From Actinomycetota bacterium (GTDB lineage Bacteria; Actinomycetota; Thermoleophilia; RBG-16-64-13), in contig JAAYCW010000201.1 in the NCBI GenBank assembly GCA_012729575.1, positions 981 to 64,980 of the forward strand: a stretch of DNA of 64,000 nt. The letters run 5' to 3'. The stretch's first letter is position 1. Every line of letters begins with the position of its first letter. Shown one piece after another: positions 54,274 through 64,000 of this stretch. Both the position numbers and the translations under genes were made by a program. Under the pieces are notes generated by a model. That model was not told the origin of the DNA, searched no databases, and saw nothing but the letters and a program-made list of their open reading frames with translations.

Positions 54274-55620
54274 CTATTCCTTGCGGAGATCGATCACGTG
54301 CTGGGTCTTCCCTTCGCTTCTCTCGATAGCCCCGGGCTCCTTGAAGACTACGCCCACATTGATGCCTATGATGTCCTTCACGTTCTTCTGGATGCTTTGC
54401 TTGAGCCCGACCAAGGTCTCGTGCTCGGTGAAGGTGGTGACGTCGTCTGTTGACAGGATGCCCTCGGACACCTCCTTGTAGAGGCCGGGGGAAATCTCCA
54501 CTTGGATCTCTAGATTGTCCAAAGCCCCTTTGCGGCTGACGACCAGACGATAGTGCGGTTCCACGCGGGGGGACATGAGCAGCACCGACTCCACTTGGCT
54601 GGGGAAGACGTTGACCCCCCGGATGATGAGCATGTCGTCCGTGCGCCCGGCGATGCGATCCATGCGCGTATTTGTCCGACCACAGACGCAGGGCTCCGAA
54701 TTCAGCCTTGTGATATCGCCGGTGCGGTAGCGGATGAGCGGAAACGCTTCTTTGGTAAGCGTGGTGATGACCAGTTCGCCCCATTCGCCCTCTGGAAGGA
54801 CCTCGGCCGTGTCGGGATCGATTATTTCCGGCAGGAAATGATCTTCGTTTAGATGTAAGCCGTCCTGGGCTTCGACGCACTCGCACGATACCCCCGGACC
54901 GATGATCTCGGAGAGACCGTAGATGTCGCATGCTTTGATGTTCCACTTGCGTTCGATGTCTCTGCGCATGGCTTCAGACCAGGGTTCTGCACCGAAGACG
55001 CCCACCCTGAGAGGGAACCTGGTGACGTCCAGTTTGAGTTGCTGAGCGACATCCCACACATAGAGGGCGAAACTCGGTGTGCAGCAGAGAACGGTGGTGC
55101 CGAAGTCCTGCATGAGCATCAACTGGCGCTGCGTGTTGCTCCCCGAGATGGGGATCACTGAAGCGCCTATGAGCTCGGCGGCATAGTGCGCGCCCAGCCC
55201 TCCCGTGAACAGACCATAACCGTACGCGACTTGGACTATGTCGTCCTCGGTGGTTCCCGCGCAGGCGAGCGCCCGCGCACAGGCGTTCGCCCACATGGCT
55301 ACGTCGTTGCGCGTGTAGCCGACAGTGGTCGGCTTGCCCGTGGTGCCTGAGGAGGCGTGGATCCGGACGACTTCCTTCATCGGAGTGGCGAAGAGCCCGA
55401 ACGGATACTGGTCGCGCAGGTTGTACTTCCGGGTCATGGGCAGACGCGCGAGGTCTTCGACTCCTCGGATCTGCTCAGGCCCGATGGCGACCTTGTCAAA
55501 GAGGTCACGGTAGAATGGAACTCGATCGTAGACTCGTTTGACCAGGGCCTTCAGGCGCTCTGACTGGAGTTGCCTGAGATCCTCCCGGTTCATACACTCG
55601 TGCTCGCGATCGAAGATCAT
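54274..55620 (-). CDS. paaK: phenylacetate--CoA ligase family protein (PaaK-like adenylate-forming enzyme)
   Basis: N-terminus [23 protein letters not shown] is typical of PaaK. AMP-binding core SSGTTGKPT. 448 aa. Confidence 0.85.
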   Translation of the reverse strand: MIFDREHECMNREDLRQLQSERLKALVKRVYDRVPFYRDLFDKVAIGPEQIRGVEDLARLPMTRKYNLRDQYPFGLFATPMKEVVRIHASSGTTGKPTTVGYTRNDVAMWANACARALACAGTTEDDIVQVAYGYGLFTGGLGAHYAAELIGASVIPISGSNTQRQLMLMQDFGTTVLCCTPSFALYVWDVAQQLKLDVTRFPLRVGVFGAEPWSEAMRRDIERKWNIKACDIYGLSEIIGPGVSCECVEAQDGLHLNEDHFLPEIIDPDTAEVLPEGEWGELVITTLTKEAFPLIRYRTGDITRLNSEPCVCGRTNTRMDRIAGRTDDMLIIRGVNVFPSQVESVLLMSPRVEPHYRLVVSRKGALDNLEIQVEISPGLYKEVSEGILSTDDVTTFTEHETLVGLKQSIQKNVKDIIGINVGVVFKEPGAIERSEGKTQHVIDLRKE

Positions 55621-55783
55621 CTCTGTTTCCCCTTCTACGGCTTGTAGGACGCCCTCAGGCGCGTGTCTTTCGGCGGTGTCGTCGTGCGATGGTATAGGCA
55701 GTAGGGGAAACCGTCAACCGCCGGGCTGGAGGCTGGACGCAACTCGCAACCTGGGGGCGATAGTGGCCACCCCTCGATTCTGA

Positions 55784-56473
55784 TCAGACCTTGAACGCCG
55801 AGGGGCAGAGGTCCTGGAGAACGCAGTTGTCGCACTGCGCGCGCTTGGCGGTGCACACCGCGCGGCCGTGTTCTATCAGTAGATACGTGAGCCGGAACCA
55901 GTCGGCCCGGGGGATTATCTCCAGCAATTCCCGTTCGATCCTGTCAGAGTTGGCAGACGCGACCAGCCCCAGCCTTTGGCTAAGCCTATTCACATGCGTG
56001 TCGACGGCGATGCCCGCTTCCGGATCTGTGGCATAGGCCTCCGGGTGTGCATTGCCGAGCACGATATTGGCGGTCTTTCTGGCCACTCCAGGCAGAGTCA
56101 GAAGCTCAGCCATACTCGCAGGAATCTCACCCCCGTAATCCAGAAGTACCTTCTGAGCCGCGGCGATTATGTGCTTCGTCTTGTTTCTGAAGAAACCCGT
56201 CGGCCTGATATCCTGCTCGAACTCGGCCGGGTCTGCCGACGCGTAATCCTCGATCGTTCGGTACTTCTGAAACAACGTGGCAGTAACCTGGTTGACCATT
56301 TTGTCGGTACATTGAGCCGAAAGGATCACCGAGACCAGCAACTCCCAGTCGGTGGTGAACTCGAGTACTATCCCGGCGTCGGGGTAGGCGTCGCGGAGAC
56401 GCGAGACCACTTCGTTCGCACGAGCGGCTTTGTCTCTAGCTCCCGTCCGTATCATCCTCTTCCCCATGCCCAT
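55784..56473 (-). CDS. nth: endonuclease III (DNA glycosylase/AP lyase)
   Basis: HhH-GPD (LPGVARKTANIVL) and C-terminal 4Fe-4S cluster CTAKRAQCDNCVLQDLC. The longest ORF extends to 56548. Confidence 0.85.
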   Translation of the reverse strand: MGMGKRMIRTGARDKAARANEVVSRLRDAYPDAGIVLEFTTDWELLVSVILSAQCTDKMVNQVTATLFQKYRTIEDYASADPAEFEQDIRPTGFFRNKTKHIIAAAQKVLLDYGGEIPASMAELLTLPGVARKTANIVLGNAHPEAYATDPEAGIAVDTHVNRLSQRLGLVASANSDRIERELLEIIPRADWFRLTYLLIEHGRAVCTAKRAQCDNCVLQDLCPSAFKV

Positions 56474-56673
56474 CACCTCTGGCTCGGTTTGGCTGTGCCG
56501 TCGTTCACACACTTCTCCTGGCGGAATCATACGGCATGGTCGGTGCATAAGGCAGTCTGTTGCCCGGGGTGCAGTCCTTGTTTACAATGGTGCCGGTCTA
56601 AGGGGCGACGAGCGCTCAGACCGAGCCGCGCAGTGCGACCGGGCGTGACGGCGTATGTCTGCGCCTGGAAGGA

Positions 56674-58482
56674 GTGATCGTGGACTTCTATCAGGGCAAG
56701 GTACTGCGGATCGATCTAACTCACGGCATCGCTCAGACCGAGCCGCTCAACCCGGAGTGGGCTGAGCGCTACATCGGCGGTAAAGGCCTGCTCCTGCGGT
56801 ACATGTGGGAGTACGTCACGCCGCGGGTCGATCCGTGGGCTCCCGAGAACCCAATCTTTCTCGTCACGGGACCTTTCGCCGGCACCAACGTCAGTACGGC
56901 CTCTCGTCTGGTAGTGGGGGCGAAGAGTCCGGTGACGGGCATCTTGGATGACAGCTATGTAGGGGGGTCGTTCGCTCCCGAGATGAAGTTCGCGGGATAC
57001 GATCTCCTCATCATCTCGGGCAAAGCTCCGGAACCTACCGTGATTTGGGTCAAAGATGGCAAGGTTGAGTTCCTGCCGGCTCGGGACAAGTACTGGGGTC
57101 TCAAGACCTCGGAAATCGAGGAGGCGTTGCGGGAAGATCTCGACGAGAACGCCAAGGTGCTTTCTATCGGGCCGGCGGGCGAGAACCTGATCCCCTGGGC
57201 GTGCTTGAGCACCGATCAGTTCCACAAAGCGGGTCGGGGGGGGCACGGAGCTTTGTTCGGCTCCAAGAACCTGAAAGCCGTCGCTATCCGTGGCACCGGG
57301 TCGGTCAGGGTCGGCGACGCACGCGGGTTTCTGGCCGATATCGAGCGGATTCACCGGGAACATGTTCTCACCGACTTCAATCTCTGGGCTAACGAGGAGG
57401 GTACTCCCGTCTTGGTCGACCCGGTGAACGGAGCGGGGGCTCTGCCCACTCGTAATTGGTCCGCAGGGAGTTTCGAAGGGATCGACGGTATCAACTCCGA
57501 TGCCTTCCAGAGCGTGAAGGTGGCTAATCGAGCGTGCTACCAGTGTGCCCTGGGGTGCCGGCAGGTCCACGTGGCAGGTGGAGTCAAGAGCGAAGGCCCC
57601 GAGTTCGAGACGATCGCCCTCTGCGGTTCCAACTGCGGGATAGGTGACCTGGAAGCCCTGATGCGCTTCAACAGTGAATGTGACGAATGGGGTTTGGACA
57701 CCATCTCCTCGGGATCGGTCGTGGGACTGGCCATGGGTATGGCCGAGGAAGGCATCGCCGATTTCGGACTGCGGTTCGGCGAGGTGGAGGCCTATGTCGC
57801 TGCACCCGCTCTGATCGCACAACGGGAGGGGATCGGAGTCGAGCTCGCCTTGGGGGCACGCGCGCTGGCCTCGAAATACGGGGTACCGGATATGGCCATG
57901 GAGGTGAAGAATCTCGAACTGCCCGGGTACGATCCTCGCGGTGCTTTTGGCATGAGTATCAGCTACGCGACTTCCGACCGCGGAGGTTGCCATATGAGGG
58001 CGTATCCGATCGCGGACGAGGTGCTGGAAGGCACTCGGCCGGCGGATAGTCTGGAGGGGAAGGCGGAGCAGGTCATCAAAGGCAACGTAGCCAATGGTTT
58101 CATCGGGCAGAACTTCAGCTCGGTGAAATTTAGCGGCATCTGGTGCGATTTTTGGGCGGTCGACCCGGACCAACTGAGCCAGATGTTCAGCCATCTGTTC
58201 AAGCGGAGGTTCACTGAGGACGAAGTCATGCTCACCGGCGAGCGCATCTGGAATCTTGGGAGGTTGCTCAATCTGCGCGAGGGTGTGGAGCCCGACACTC
58301 TTCCCCGCCGGCTCTATGAGGCGGAGTACGCATTCGCCGACGGCCCATCGGCGGGAAAGGCCATTGGAGAAGAGGCGTTCAGAGAAGCTCTCCGAGAGTA
58401 CTACCGGCTGCGCGGCTGGGATGAGACGGGAAGGCCCACGGAGGAGAAGCTGGCTGAGTTGGGAGTGGACGTCCGCCTCTGA
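56674..58482 (+). CDS. aor: aldehyde:ferredoxin oxidoreductase (tungstopterin AOR family)
   Basis: AOR_N and AOR_C architecture. Conserved sequence (GGKGLLLRYMWEY, CYQCALGC, GGCHMRAYP). GTG start with a GAAGGAG Shine-Dalgarno. 602 aa. Confidence 0.9.
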   Translation: MIVDFYQGKVLRIDLTHGIAQTEPLNPEWAERYIGGKGLLLRYMWEYVTPRVDPWAPENPIFLVTGPFAGTNVSTASRLVVGAKSPVTGILDDSYVGGSFAPEMKFAGYDLLIISGKAPEPTVIWVKDGKVEFLPARDKYWGLKTSEIEEALREDLDENAKVLSIGPAGENLIPWACLSTDQFHKAGRGGHGALFGSKNLKAVAIRGTGSVRVGDARGFLADIERIHREHVLTDFNLWANEEGTPVLVDPVNGAGALPTRNWSAGSFEGIDGINSDAFQSVKVANRACYQCALGCRQVHVAGGVKSEGPEFETIALCGSNCGIGDLEALMRFNSECDEWGLDTISSGSVVGLAMGMAEEGIADFGLRFGEVEAYVAAPALIAQREGIGVELALGARALASKYGVPDMAMEVKNLELPGYDPRGAFGMSISYATSDRGGCHMRAYPIADEVLEGTRPADSLEGKAEQVIKGNVANGFIGQNFSSVKFSGIWCDFWAVDPDQLSQMFSHLFKRRFTEDEVMLTGERIWNLGRLLNLREGVEPDTLPRRLYEAEYAFADGPSAGKAIGEEAFREALREYYRLRGWDETGRPTEEKLAELGVDVRL

Positions 58483-58513
58483 GTCCCCTCGATCCACCAA
58501 GAAAGGATGCCGC

Positions 58514-58993
58514 ATGCCTTACGTGATGATAGACAACAAGAAATGCACCGGTTGCCGCATGTGCGAGTTGGCCTGCTCGGCCTGGCATGAGGGAGCGTAC
58601 CGGCCGTCTGTTGCGCGCCTTCACGTTGACGTCGAGCCCACGAGTGCCCATGTTCGGGGTCATACCTGTCTTCAGACGGCCTGCGCTAAGTGTGAGGAGG
58701 CCTGTCCTGTGGAGGCCATAGAGCGCCACCCCATCACTGTTAGGGCGGTGGGCCTGGAGCCCGTTGAGGGCTACGTCTTGAAAGTGAACGAGGATCTCTG
58801 CACCGGGTGTGGCGTCTGCTACGACGTCTGCCCGCAAGGTGTCATCCATGAGCATCCCGAGCGCAAGGTGGCCTTCAAGTGCGACCTGTGCGATGGCGAG
58901 CCCCAGTGTGTTGCTTTCTGCCAGAACCCTCACGTCTTGGCGATCGACGTGCGGCAGAGCAAGGCGGAGAAGGCGGCCGCCGCGCCCGCATAG
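58514..58993 (+). CDS. 4Fe-4S ferredoxin-domain protein (probable AOR electron partner)
   Basis: CTGCRMCELAC, CAKCEEACP, CTGCGVCYDVCP and CDLCDGEPQCVAFC cluster motifs. ATG at 58514 with a GAAAGGA Shine-Dalgarno. Confidence 0.8.
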   Translation: MPYVMIDNKKCTGCRMCELACSAWHEGAYRPSVARLHVDVEPTSAHVRGHTCLQTACAKCEEACPVEAIERHPITVRAVGLEPVEGYVLKVNEDLCTGCGVCYDVCPQGVIHEHPERKVAFKCDLCDGEPQCVAFCQNPHVLAIDVRQSKAEKAAAAPA

Positions 58994-59027
58994 GGCCCCG
59001 GCTTCCTGTGGCCGAATAGTGACGTCC

Positions 59028-59297
59028 ATGGCGAGGGTCTTCCTGAAATTGCCCGTTGGCCTGGTTGGACCACAGGGGTCTGCCCGAGCGGAATGCCAAG
59101 GCCGCACCGTGCTTGAGGCTCTGCATGATTGCGTCTCCTCCAGACCGGCGTTGAGATCGCGCATCTTCCGCGACGACGGGAGCGTGTGGGTGGGCGTCTT
59201 TCTCAACGGCCGCAACGTACGGCAGCGGGAAGGACTGGAGACTCTTCTCGTCGACGGTGATGAGATACGGATTCTGCCCCCAATAGCCGGCGGATAG
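59028..59297 (+). CDS. moaD: MoaD/ThiS-family sulfur carrier (C-terminal GG)
   Basis: 89-aa beta-grasp-like sequence ending ILPPIAGG, directly downstream of the AOR/ferredoxin genes. Confidence 0.65.
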   Translation: MARVFLKLPVGLVGPQGSARAECQGRTVLEALHDCVSSRPALRSRIFRDDGSVWVGVFLNGRNVRQREGLETLLVDGDEIRILPPIAGG

Positions 59298-59357
59298 CGA
59301 TAACAGGTAGATAGGCTTGCTAGAATGGCGGGGTTTCTGCTGAAGTGCGGCCCCTGA

Positions 59358-59966
59358 GTGGGGAGATGCGTCATCGGTAGCAGCAGTGCGCAGCGTTTGA
59401 TTGTCGGCATCACAGGTGCGTCCGGCACGGTGTACGGGGTCCGGCTGCTCGAAGTACTTCGCGAATTGGGCGTCGAGACCCATCTTGTTATGACCCAGGC
59501 GGCGGAGCGGGTGGCCCGACTCGAAAAGGGGCTCACTGCGGCCGAGCTAAGAGCGCTGGCGGACCTCTCTTATGAAAACAGTAATATCGGAGCCCCGGTT
59601 GCTTCGGGCTCATTTCTTTCCCTCGGGATGGTGGTCGTTCCCTGTTCGATCAAGACTCTGTCCTCGATTGCTCGGTCCACCAGCGATACACTTCTGACGA
59701 GAGCCGCCGACGTCATGTTGAAGGAGAGGCGTCGGCTGATTCTGGTTGTTCGCGAAACGCCTCTCCACCTAGGGCACCTGCGGATGATGACGGACGTGAC
59801 CGAGTGCGGGGCGGTGGTGCTGCCTCCCGTACCCGGCTTCTATCACGAGCCCTGCACGGTGGGTGACCTGGTCGATCACACCGTTGGCAAGATCCTCGAC
59901 CAGCTCGGGTTGGAGCACGATCTGTTCAAGCGCTGGCAAGGAGAACAGGGGACCGGCGGTGAATGA
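59358..59966 (+). CDS. ubiX: flavin prenyltransferase UbiX
   Basis: Flavoprotein fold IVGITGASG. Conserved sequence LVVRETPLHLGHL...PPVPGFY. Alternative (GTG) start. Confidence 0.85.
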   Translation: MGRCVIGSSSAQRLIVGITGASGTVYGVRLLEVLRELGVETHLVMTQAAERVARLEKGLTAAELRALADLSYENSNIGAPVASGSFLSLGMVVVPCSIKTLSSIARSTSDTLLTRAADVMLKERRRLILVVRETPLHLGHLRMMTDVTECGAVVLPPVPGFYHEPCTVGDLVDHTVGKILDQLGLEHDLFKRWQGEQGTGGE

Positions 59967-60432
59967 TGAACTGTGGGCCCGGGTGGCGGGGTATCTGGGT
60001 GCACATCACACAATGACCATCGCGACTGTTGCTCCGGGTGGGAACGTGCCCCATGCAGCGTGCGTCTTCTACGCTGTGGATGACGCCCTCCGGCTGGTGT
60101 TCCTGAGCAAGCCGGACAGCGTCCACGGGACTCACATCGGCAAGGCGGCACCCGTGGCGGTCACGGTCACGGAGACCTACGACGACTGGGAGATGATCCA
60201 GGGAGTGCAGCTCTGGGGAGAAGCGAGGCTTCTGAGTGGGGCGACGAAGGCGCGTGCGTTCACTCTTTACCTGGGCCGGTTCCCCTTCGTACGTGATTTG
60301 ATGGAACGTCCCGGCTTGACCGAGACGCTTCGGCGTATCGGGGTCTACCGAATCGTGCCTCAGAAGATAGCGTTCACCGACAATAGCACGGGGGTCTTTG
60401 GCCGAGAGATCCTCAGAACGGCTGCGGAGTGA
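59959..60432 (+). CDS. pyridoxamine 5'-phosphate oxidase-like FMN-binding split-barrel protein
   Basis: PNPOx-like fold (HHTMTIATVAPGGNVPHAACVFYAVDD). Probable GTG start overlapping the ubiX stop. The longest ORF starts at 59863, inside ubiX. Confidence 0.55.
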   Translation: MNDELWARVAGYLGAHHTMTIATVAPGGNVPHAACVFYAVDDALRLVFLSKPDSVHGTHIGKAAPVAVTVTETYDDWEMIQGVQLWGEARLLSGATKARAFTLYLGRFPFVRDLMERPGLTETLRRIGVYRIVPQKIAFTDNSTGVFGREILRTAAE

Positions 60433-60436
60433 CCGG

Positions 60437-62176
60437 ATGGAGATGAAGAGGACCGACAGGGCTTCGATAGAGCGGCGCCGTCGTGACCGGCGCCGCCGCC
60501 TCTTGTTGCGATGGTTGGTACTCCTAGCCTGCCTGGTCATTGCGGTGCTGGTAGTCCTGTTTCTGGTACGCGGGTGTAGCGACGACCCCGCCGGTCCTGA
60601 GACCGGGAGCCAAACGAGTTCCGAGACACTGGCCACTGAAGAAGGACCTGAGTCTGATGCGTTGGAGACCACAAGTACCGCCGGGTCATCTGGGGGCGCA
60701 GATACCACCGCCATGCCGAACCCGAGCACGACCGTGAGTGGTGGCTCGAGTCCCAACACGACCATCGTCGAGTATGACCCCGGTCGGCCCGGAGACGAAC
60801 GCGTGCCCGGCAGCTTCTACGGCCCCATCAATACTACGTTCGAGGGTCTCACCATGTTCCGCGGCAATGCGTCCCGGACGTACTACGGTGAAGGCCCGGT
60901 GCCTTCGGGTCCTGAGATTCTCTGGAGGTTCGGCCCGATGACCGGCGGGGCGAGCGAAGCCCTGAAGTATCCCACCGGCACCGGCTGGACCGGTCAGCCA
61001 TGTGTCTTTGAGAGGGACGGGAAGACCTGGGTGGTCTTCGGCGCGTACGACTTCAAGATCCACTTCTTGGATGCCGAGACGGGCGAGAAGCTGATACCCG
61101 ATTTCGAAGGCGGCGACATCTTCAAGGGGTCGGTCGTAGCGGATCCGGATGGTTACCCGCTGGTCTTCATGGGTTGTGCAGACGACAAATGGCGCATCAT
61201 CGCGATCGATAGAGAGGAGCCGACGGAACTTTTCCATCTCGACTCCAACGAACTGCCGCGCAGACTCTGGTACGGAGACTGGGATTCGAGTGTTGTCATC
61301 CGCAACGACTACGCGTTCCTGGGCGGAGAGAACAGCCACTTCTACATCCTCAAGCTCAACCGGGGTTACGCTGACGGCAAGGTCACCGTGGATCCTCAGA
61401 TCGTTCTCGACTACCCTGGATGGACTGCATCGCTTCTCGACAAGCTGGGCAGCAAGGATGTCTCCATAGAGAACTCTCCTTGTTTGGTCGGAGACAGGGT
61501 CTACTTCTCCAACGGCGGGGGCCTCGTCCAGGGTTTGGACGTAAGCGCCACCCTCAGAGAACTGGCGGAGGGCGAAGCACCGGCTACGGGAGTGGAGGCG
61601 TACCCCAAGGTATTCCATTATTGGACCGCCGGCGACACCGATGCCACCATCGTCGCCGACGAGCAGGGTTATCTGTACGTCTGCCAGCACTCCGACAAAC
61701 GGTCCAGCACGGCAGTTGAGCGCTATCAGGAAGTGGGGCAGATAATCAAGCTCGATCCACGTCAGAATGGAGAAGGACAGGATCCCATTGTGTGGTCGCA
61801 GAAGGCCACCAAGCTGTCGGGTGGAGAATCGGGTGTGTGGGCTACCGCGTGCCTGTACAAGGATATGCTGTATGTCCCGACTCATGGTGGGGCGCTTCTG
61901 GGCATCGATCGGGAGACGGGGGAACTGGTGTGGCAGAAGACTCTCACCGAGCACGCCTGGGCCAGTTGCGTAGTGGTCGATGGGACCCTCATCGTGGGCG
62001 ACACCTATGGGGTTCTGCACGCTTGGGACGTGAGCGACACCCGGGTCGATCCACCGGTGGTATGGGAGTACAAGCTTGAGAGCGGCAGCGCCCTGGAGTC
62101 GACACCGGCTGTATGGAAGGGCAAGATCTTCGTGGGCTGCCGCGACGGGTACTTCTACTGCTTTGGAGACGAATAG
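60437..62176 (+). CDS. PQQ-like beta-propeller repeat protein with an N-terminal membrane anchor
   Basis: Arg-rich N-terminus plus TM helix (LLACLVIAVLVVLFLV). S/T/G linker. Repeated PQQ-like blades (GELVWQKTL, DGTLIVGDTYGVLHAWD, GKIFVGCRDGYFYCF). Confidence 0.7.
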   Translation: MEMKRTDRASIERRRRDRRRRLLLRWLVLLACLVIAVLVVLFLVRGCSDDPAGPETGSQTSSETLATEEGPESDALETTSTAGSSGGADTTAMPNPSTTVSGGSSPNTTIVEYDPGRPGDERVPGSFYGPINTTFEGLTMFRGNASRTYYGEGPVPSGPEILWRFGPMTGGASEALKYPTGTGWTGQPCVFERDGKTWVVFGAYDFKIHFLDAETGEKLIPDFEGGDIFKGSVVADPDGYPLVFMGCADDKWRIIAIDREEPTELFHLDSNELPRRLWYGDWDSSVVIRNDYAFLGGENSHFYILKLNRGYADGKVTVDPQIVLDYPGWTASLLDKLGSKDVSIENSPCLVGDRVYFSNGGGLVQGLDVSATLRELAEGEAPATGVEAYPKVFHYWTAGDTDATIVADEQGYLYVCQHSDKRSSTAVERYQEVGQIIKLDPRQNGEGQDPIVWSQKATKLSGGESGVWATACLYKDMLYVPTHGGALLGIDRETGELVWQKTLTEHAWASCVVVDGTLIVGDTYGVLHAWDVSDTRVDPPVVWEYKLESGSALESTPAVWKGKIFVGCRDGYFYCFGDE

Positions 62177-62308
62177 CCGGGGAAATGGGGCCCGTCCAGG
62201 TCTCCGGGCCTCATGCAAGGAGCGCCTCCGGTCGATAGTCTTCCCAGCGGAGTGCGTTCTAGAAGTCTTCTCCATCGATGCAGAAAGGCCCTTCGTCCAG
62301 AGCTCATT

Positions 62309-62521
62309 ATGAGCGATCCCATCATGGCAAAATGCCCGGTCTGCGGCAAGCTCGTCCTTATTACTGCGGATGTCGTGGCATCGGCCGGACAGCTCAGCGA
62401 CCGGCGACGCGAGCAGCTGACGCGGGCTCTCTGTGGATGCTGGGTGACCCGGCTCCCCGACGGAGAGGTAGCGCGTCTGGTAAGCGCTCTCATGACGAGG
62501 GATGACTGCGGCGATCGTTGA
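62309..62521 (+). CDS. small Cys-containing hypothetical protein (possible zinc ribbon)
   Basis: 70-aa ORF. CPVCGK near the N-terminus and CGCW/DDCGD later. No recognisable family. Confidence 0.25.
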   Translation: MSDPIMAKCPVCGKLVLITADVVASAGQLSDRRREQLTRALCGCWVTRLPDGEVARLVSALMTRDDCGDR

Positions 62522-62600
62522 ATGACCAAGCTCTTGTGGGCGTGAGCGCCTGCGTGGACGGTCGCTTTCCGGCGCGAGTGAAGCGGGGTCTTCGAGGGAT

Positions 62601-64000
62601 TCAGGGCTTTTCGGCTATGATCTCCCACGGACTGGTATTTGCCACGTCGGCGCTTGTGAGCCAAGCCCGCCGTGCTTCTCCCGCGCCGAACTCCAGGTTC
62701 TGGAAATCGCTGGGGCTGTGGGCATCGCTACAGATCACCAGAGTTGCACCCAGAGCTGCGGCGCGACGGGCGGCCGGCGCGGTGAGATCCAGACGGTCCG
62801 GCGAGCCATTGATCTCAAGGTAAGTTCCGGTCTCAACGGCCAGTCGAGCCAGCGAGTCAATGTCGACGTCGTAAGGCTCACGACGGCCCAGCAAGCGGCC
62901 GGTGGGGTGCCCGATGGAGCGCACATAAGGACTGCGCATGGCACTCGCGAGTCGCTCCATAATCTTCGTCTGTGGTTGTCCAAACCCTGAATGGATGCTG
63001 GCAGTGACGAAATCGAGGCGGGCTAAGGCCTCCTCAGGGAGGTCGAGTCTGCCATCGGTCAGGATGTCCACTTCGATACCGGCAAGGATCCGGATCCCCT
63101 CGATCCCAGCGTCGAGTTCTCGTATGGCATCAATCTGAGCCGCCAGACGTTCGGGACAGAGTCCTCCCGTCATGGCCAAAGATTGAGAATGATCGCAGAA
63201 GCAGAGGTAATCCAGCCCCTGCTCGCGGGCCGCCACGGCCATCTCCTCAAGACCGGCGCGGCCGTCGGTCCAGTCGGAATGGACGTGCAGATCGCCTCTG
63301 AGGTCGGAACGGTGGACCAGATCAGGGAGAACACCGGTCGCGGAGGCCTCTATCTCCCCCTGGTCCTCTCGCAATTCCGGCGGGATGTAGCGTAACGCAA
63401 CTGTCTCGTAGACCTGCTCCTCGGTGGTGCACGTGATAAGACGGCCGGACTCAAGGTGCTCCACGTGGTACTCGCTGATCTTGAAGCCCCGTTGTTGCGC
63501 ATAAGCCCGCAAGGCCACGTTGTGGCCGGCGCTCCCTGTGAAATGCTGCAGAAGGTTGCCGTACGATTGCGGTGAAACCACCCGTAGGTCCACGCCAAGA
63601 CCGTTATGGGTCCTGGCGGCGAGCTTGGTCTCACCGCGTTCGACTACCCGAGCTATCTGGGGAAGTCCGCTGAAGGCGCTCATCACCGCTACCGGGTCCG
63701 CAGAAGCCGCCACCAGATCGATATCCCGAACTGTCGGACACTGTCGTCGAAGGCTGCCCGCGTAGTCGGCTCGAACGACCATCGGAAGCCTGCGTAACTC
63801 GGCAACCATGTGAGCTGCCTGTGGTTCCACCAGGGTACGCAGGCGCCGCGGTTCCTTGCCTTCCGCTGCGCGGATCGTCAAGGTTTCGAGGGCGCGAAGC
63901 AGGTTCGTCTCGGTCTTATCACCTAGGCCGGGGATCTCTCGGATGCGTCCTTCACGACACGCTCGCTCCAAATCACGGAGATCCGCGACCCCGGCGGTCT
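62601..64000 (-). CDS. polX: DNA polymerase X family protein with C-terminal PHP phosphoesterase domain, 5' end beyond the window
   Basis: HhH IPGLGDKT. Pol beta-like palm. PHP domain motifs (DLHVHSDWTDG, CDHSQSL, CSDAHS). The ORF is open to the window edge. Confidence 0.85.
   Translation of the reverse strand, partial: TAGVADLRDLERACREGRIREIPGLGDKTETNLLRALETLTIRAAEGKEPRRLRTLVEPQAAHMVAELRRLPMVVRADYAGSLRRQCPTVRDIDLVAASADPVAVMSAFSGLPQIARVVERGETKLAARTHNGLGVDLRVVSPQSYGNLLQHFTGSAGHNVALRAYAQQRGFKISEYHVEHLESGRLITCTTEEQVYETVALRYIPPELREDQGEIEASATGVLPDLVHRSDLRGDLHVHSDWTDGRAGLEEMAVAAREQGLDYLCFCDHSQSLAMTGGLCPERLAAQIDAIRELDAGIEGIRILAGIEVDILTDGRLDLPEEALARLDFVTASIHSGFGQPQTKIMERLASAMRSPYVRSIGHPTGRLLGRREPYDVDIDSLARLAVETGTYLEINGSPDRLDLTAPAARRAAALGATLVICSDAHSPSDFQNLEFGAGEARRAWLTSADVANTSPWEIIAEKP

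Noticed and set aside
54038-54946. 302-aa Arg/His-rich minus-strand ORF spanning the LOG / paaK junction
   Set aside because: Out-of-frame overlap with two well-supported genes. Extreme Arg/His/Pro composition. Artefact.
59863-59958. Long N-terminal extension (starting at 59863) of the PNPOx-like ORF overlapping ubiX
   Set aside because: The extension is out of frame inside a well-supported ubiX and has no internal Met. A GTG start at about 59959, overlapping the ubiX stop, is more parsimonious.
1-64000. CRISPR arrays, tRNA/rRNA genes, transposases/integrases
   Set aside because: I looked for regularly spaced short direct repeats, cloverleaf-sized conserved segments in intergenic regions, and DDE/tyrosine-recombinase motifs in all frames. 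None were found. The intergenic space is short and the window is almost fully coding.

Overview
The window is a high-GC (about 62-65%) bacterial chromosomal segment that is densely coding and mostly core metabolism. Across all 64 kb I found no transposase, integrase, CRISPR array, tRNA or rRNA.

Operons I could support from the sequence:
- A fumAB-sdhCDAB TCA block.
- A trpS-cyclase pair.
- A fabZ-fabH-fabD-fabG-fabF-accD-accA lipid cluster that has no acpP between fabG and fabF.
- An anaerobic/tungsten-flavoured block: citrate synthase, korABG 2-oxoacid:ferredoxin oxidoreductase, a tandem-domain HgdC/BadF-type ATPase activase, ferredoxins, aldehyde:ferredoxin oxidoreductase, MoaD, MoeA and UbiX.
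- An amino-acid ABC transporter.
- An LprG-like lipoprotein with an MFS exporter, arranged like the mycobacterial lprG-p55 operon.

Several features look actinobacterial (LprG-like plus MFS, an Rv2191-like exonuclease/GIY-YIG fusion, a FabH-type cluster), but the phylum cannot be fixed from the sequence alone.

The most unusual locus is a translationally coupled minus-strand operon at 46264-53064. It runs CNNM/CorC-family transporter, then a 1399-aa protein, then an atypically long (404 aa) GAPDH-family dehydrogenase. The 1399-aa protein has an unrecognisable ~860-aa N-terminal domain followed by a PPDK-type ATP-grasp and a phosphohistidine swivel domain, and it has no PEP/pyruvate TIM barrel. 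A four-copy GCRCCAYG direct-repeat array sits upstream of the operon.

Other accessory-looking spots:
- An orphan AmmeMemoRadiSam-type radical SAM enzyme, an orphan anti-sigma-factor-like pseudo-kinase and a 702-aa anchored secreted protein at 35.4-39.3 kb.
- An orphan FlgM-like protein next to a polytopic membrane protein carrying an M28-like domain.
- A standalone HNH endonuclease.
- A structured ~150-nt leader/terminator in front of a small HTH protein that is convergent with the DEDDh-exonuclease/GIY-YIG fusion gene.

All calls come from reading motifs in the six-frame translations; no database searches were run.
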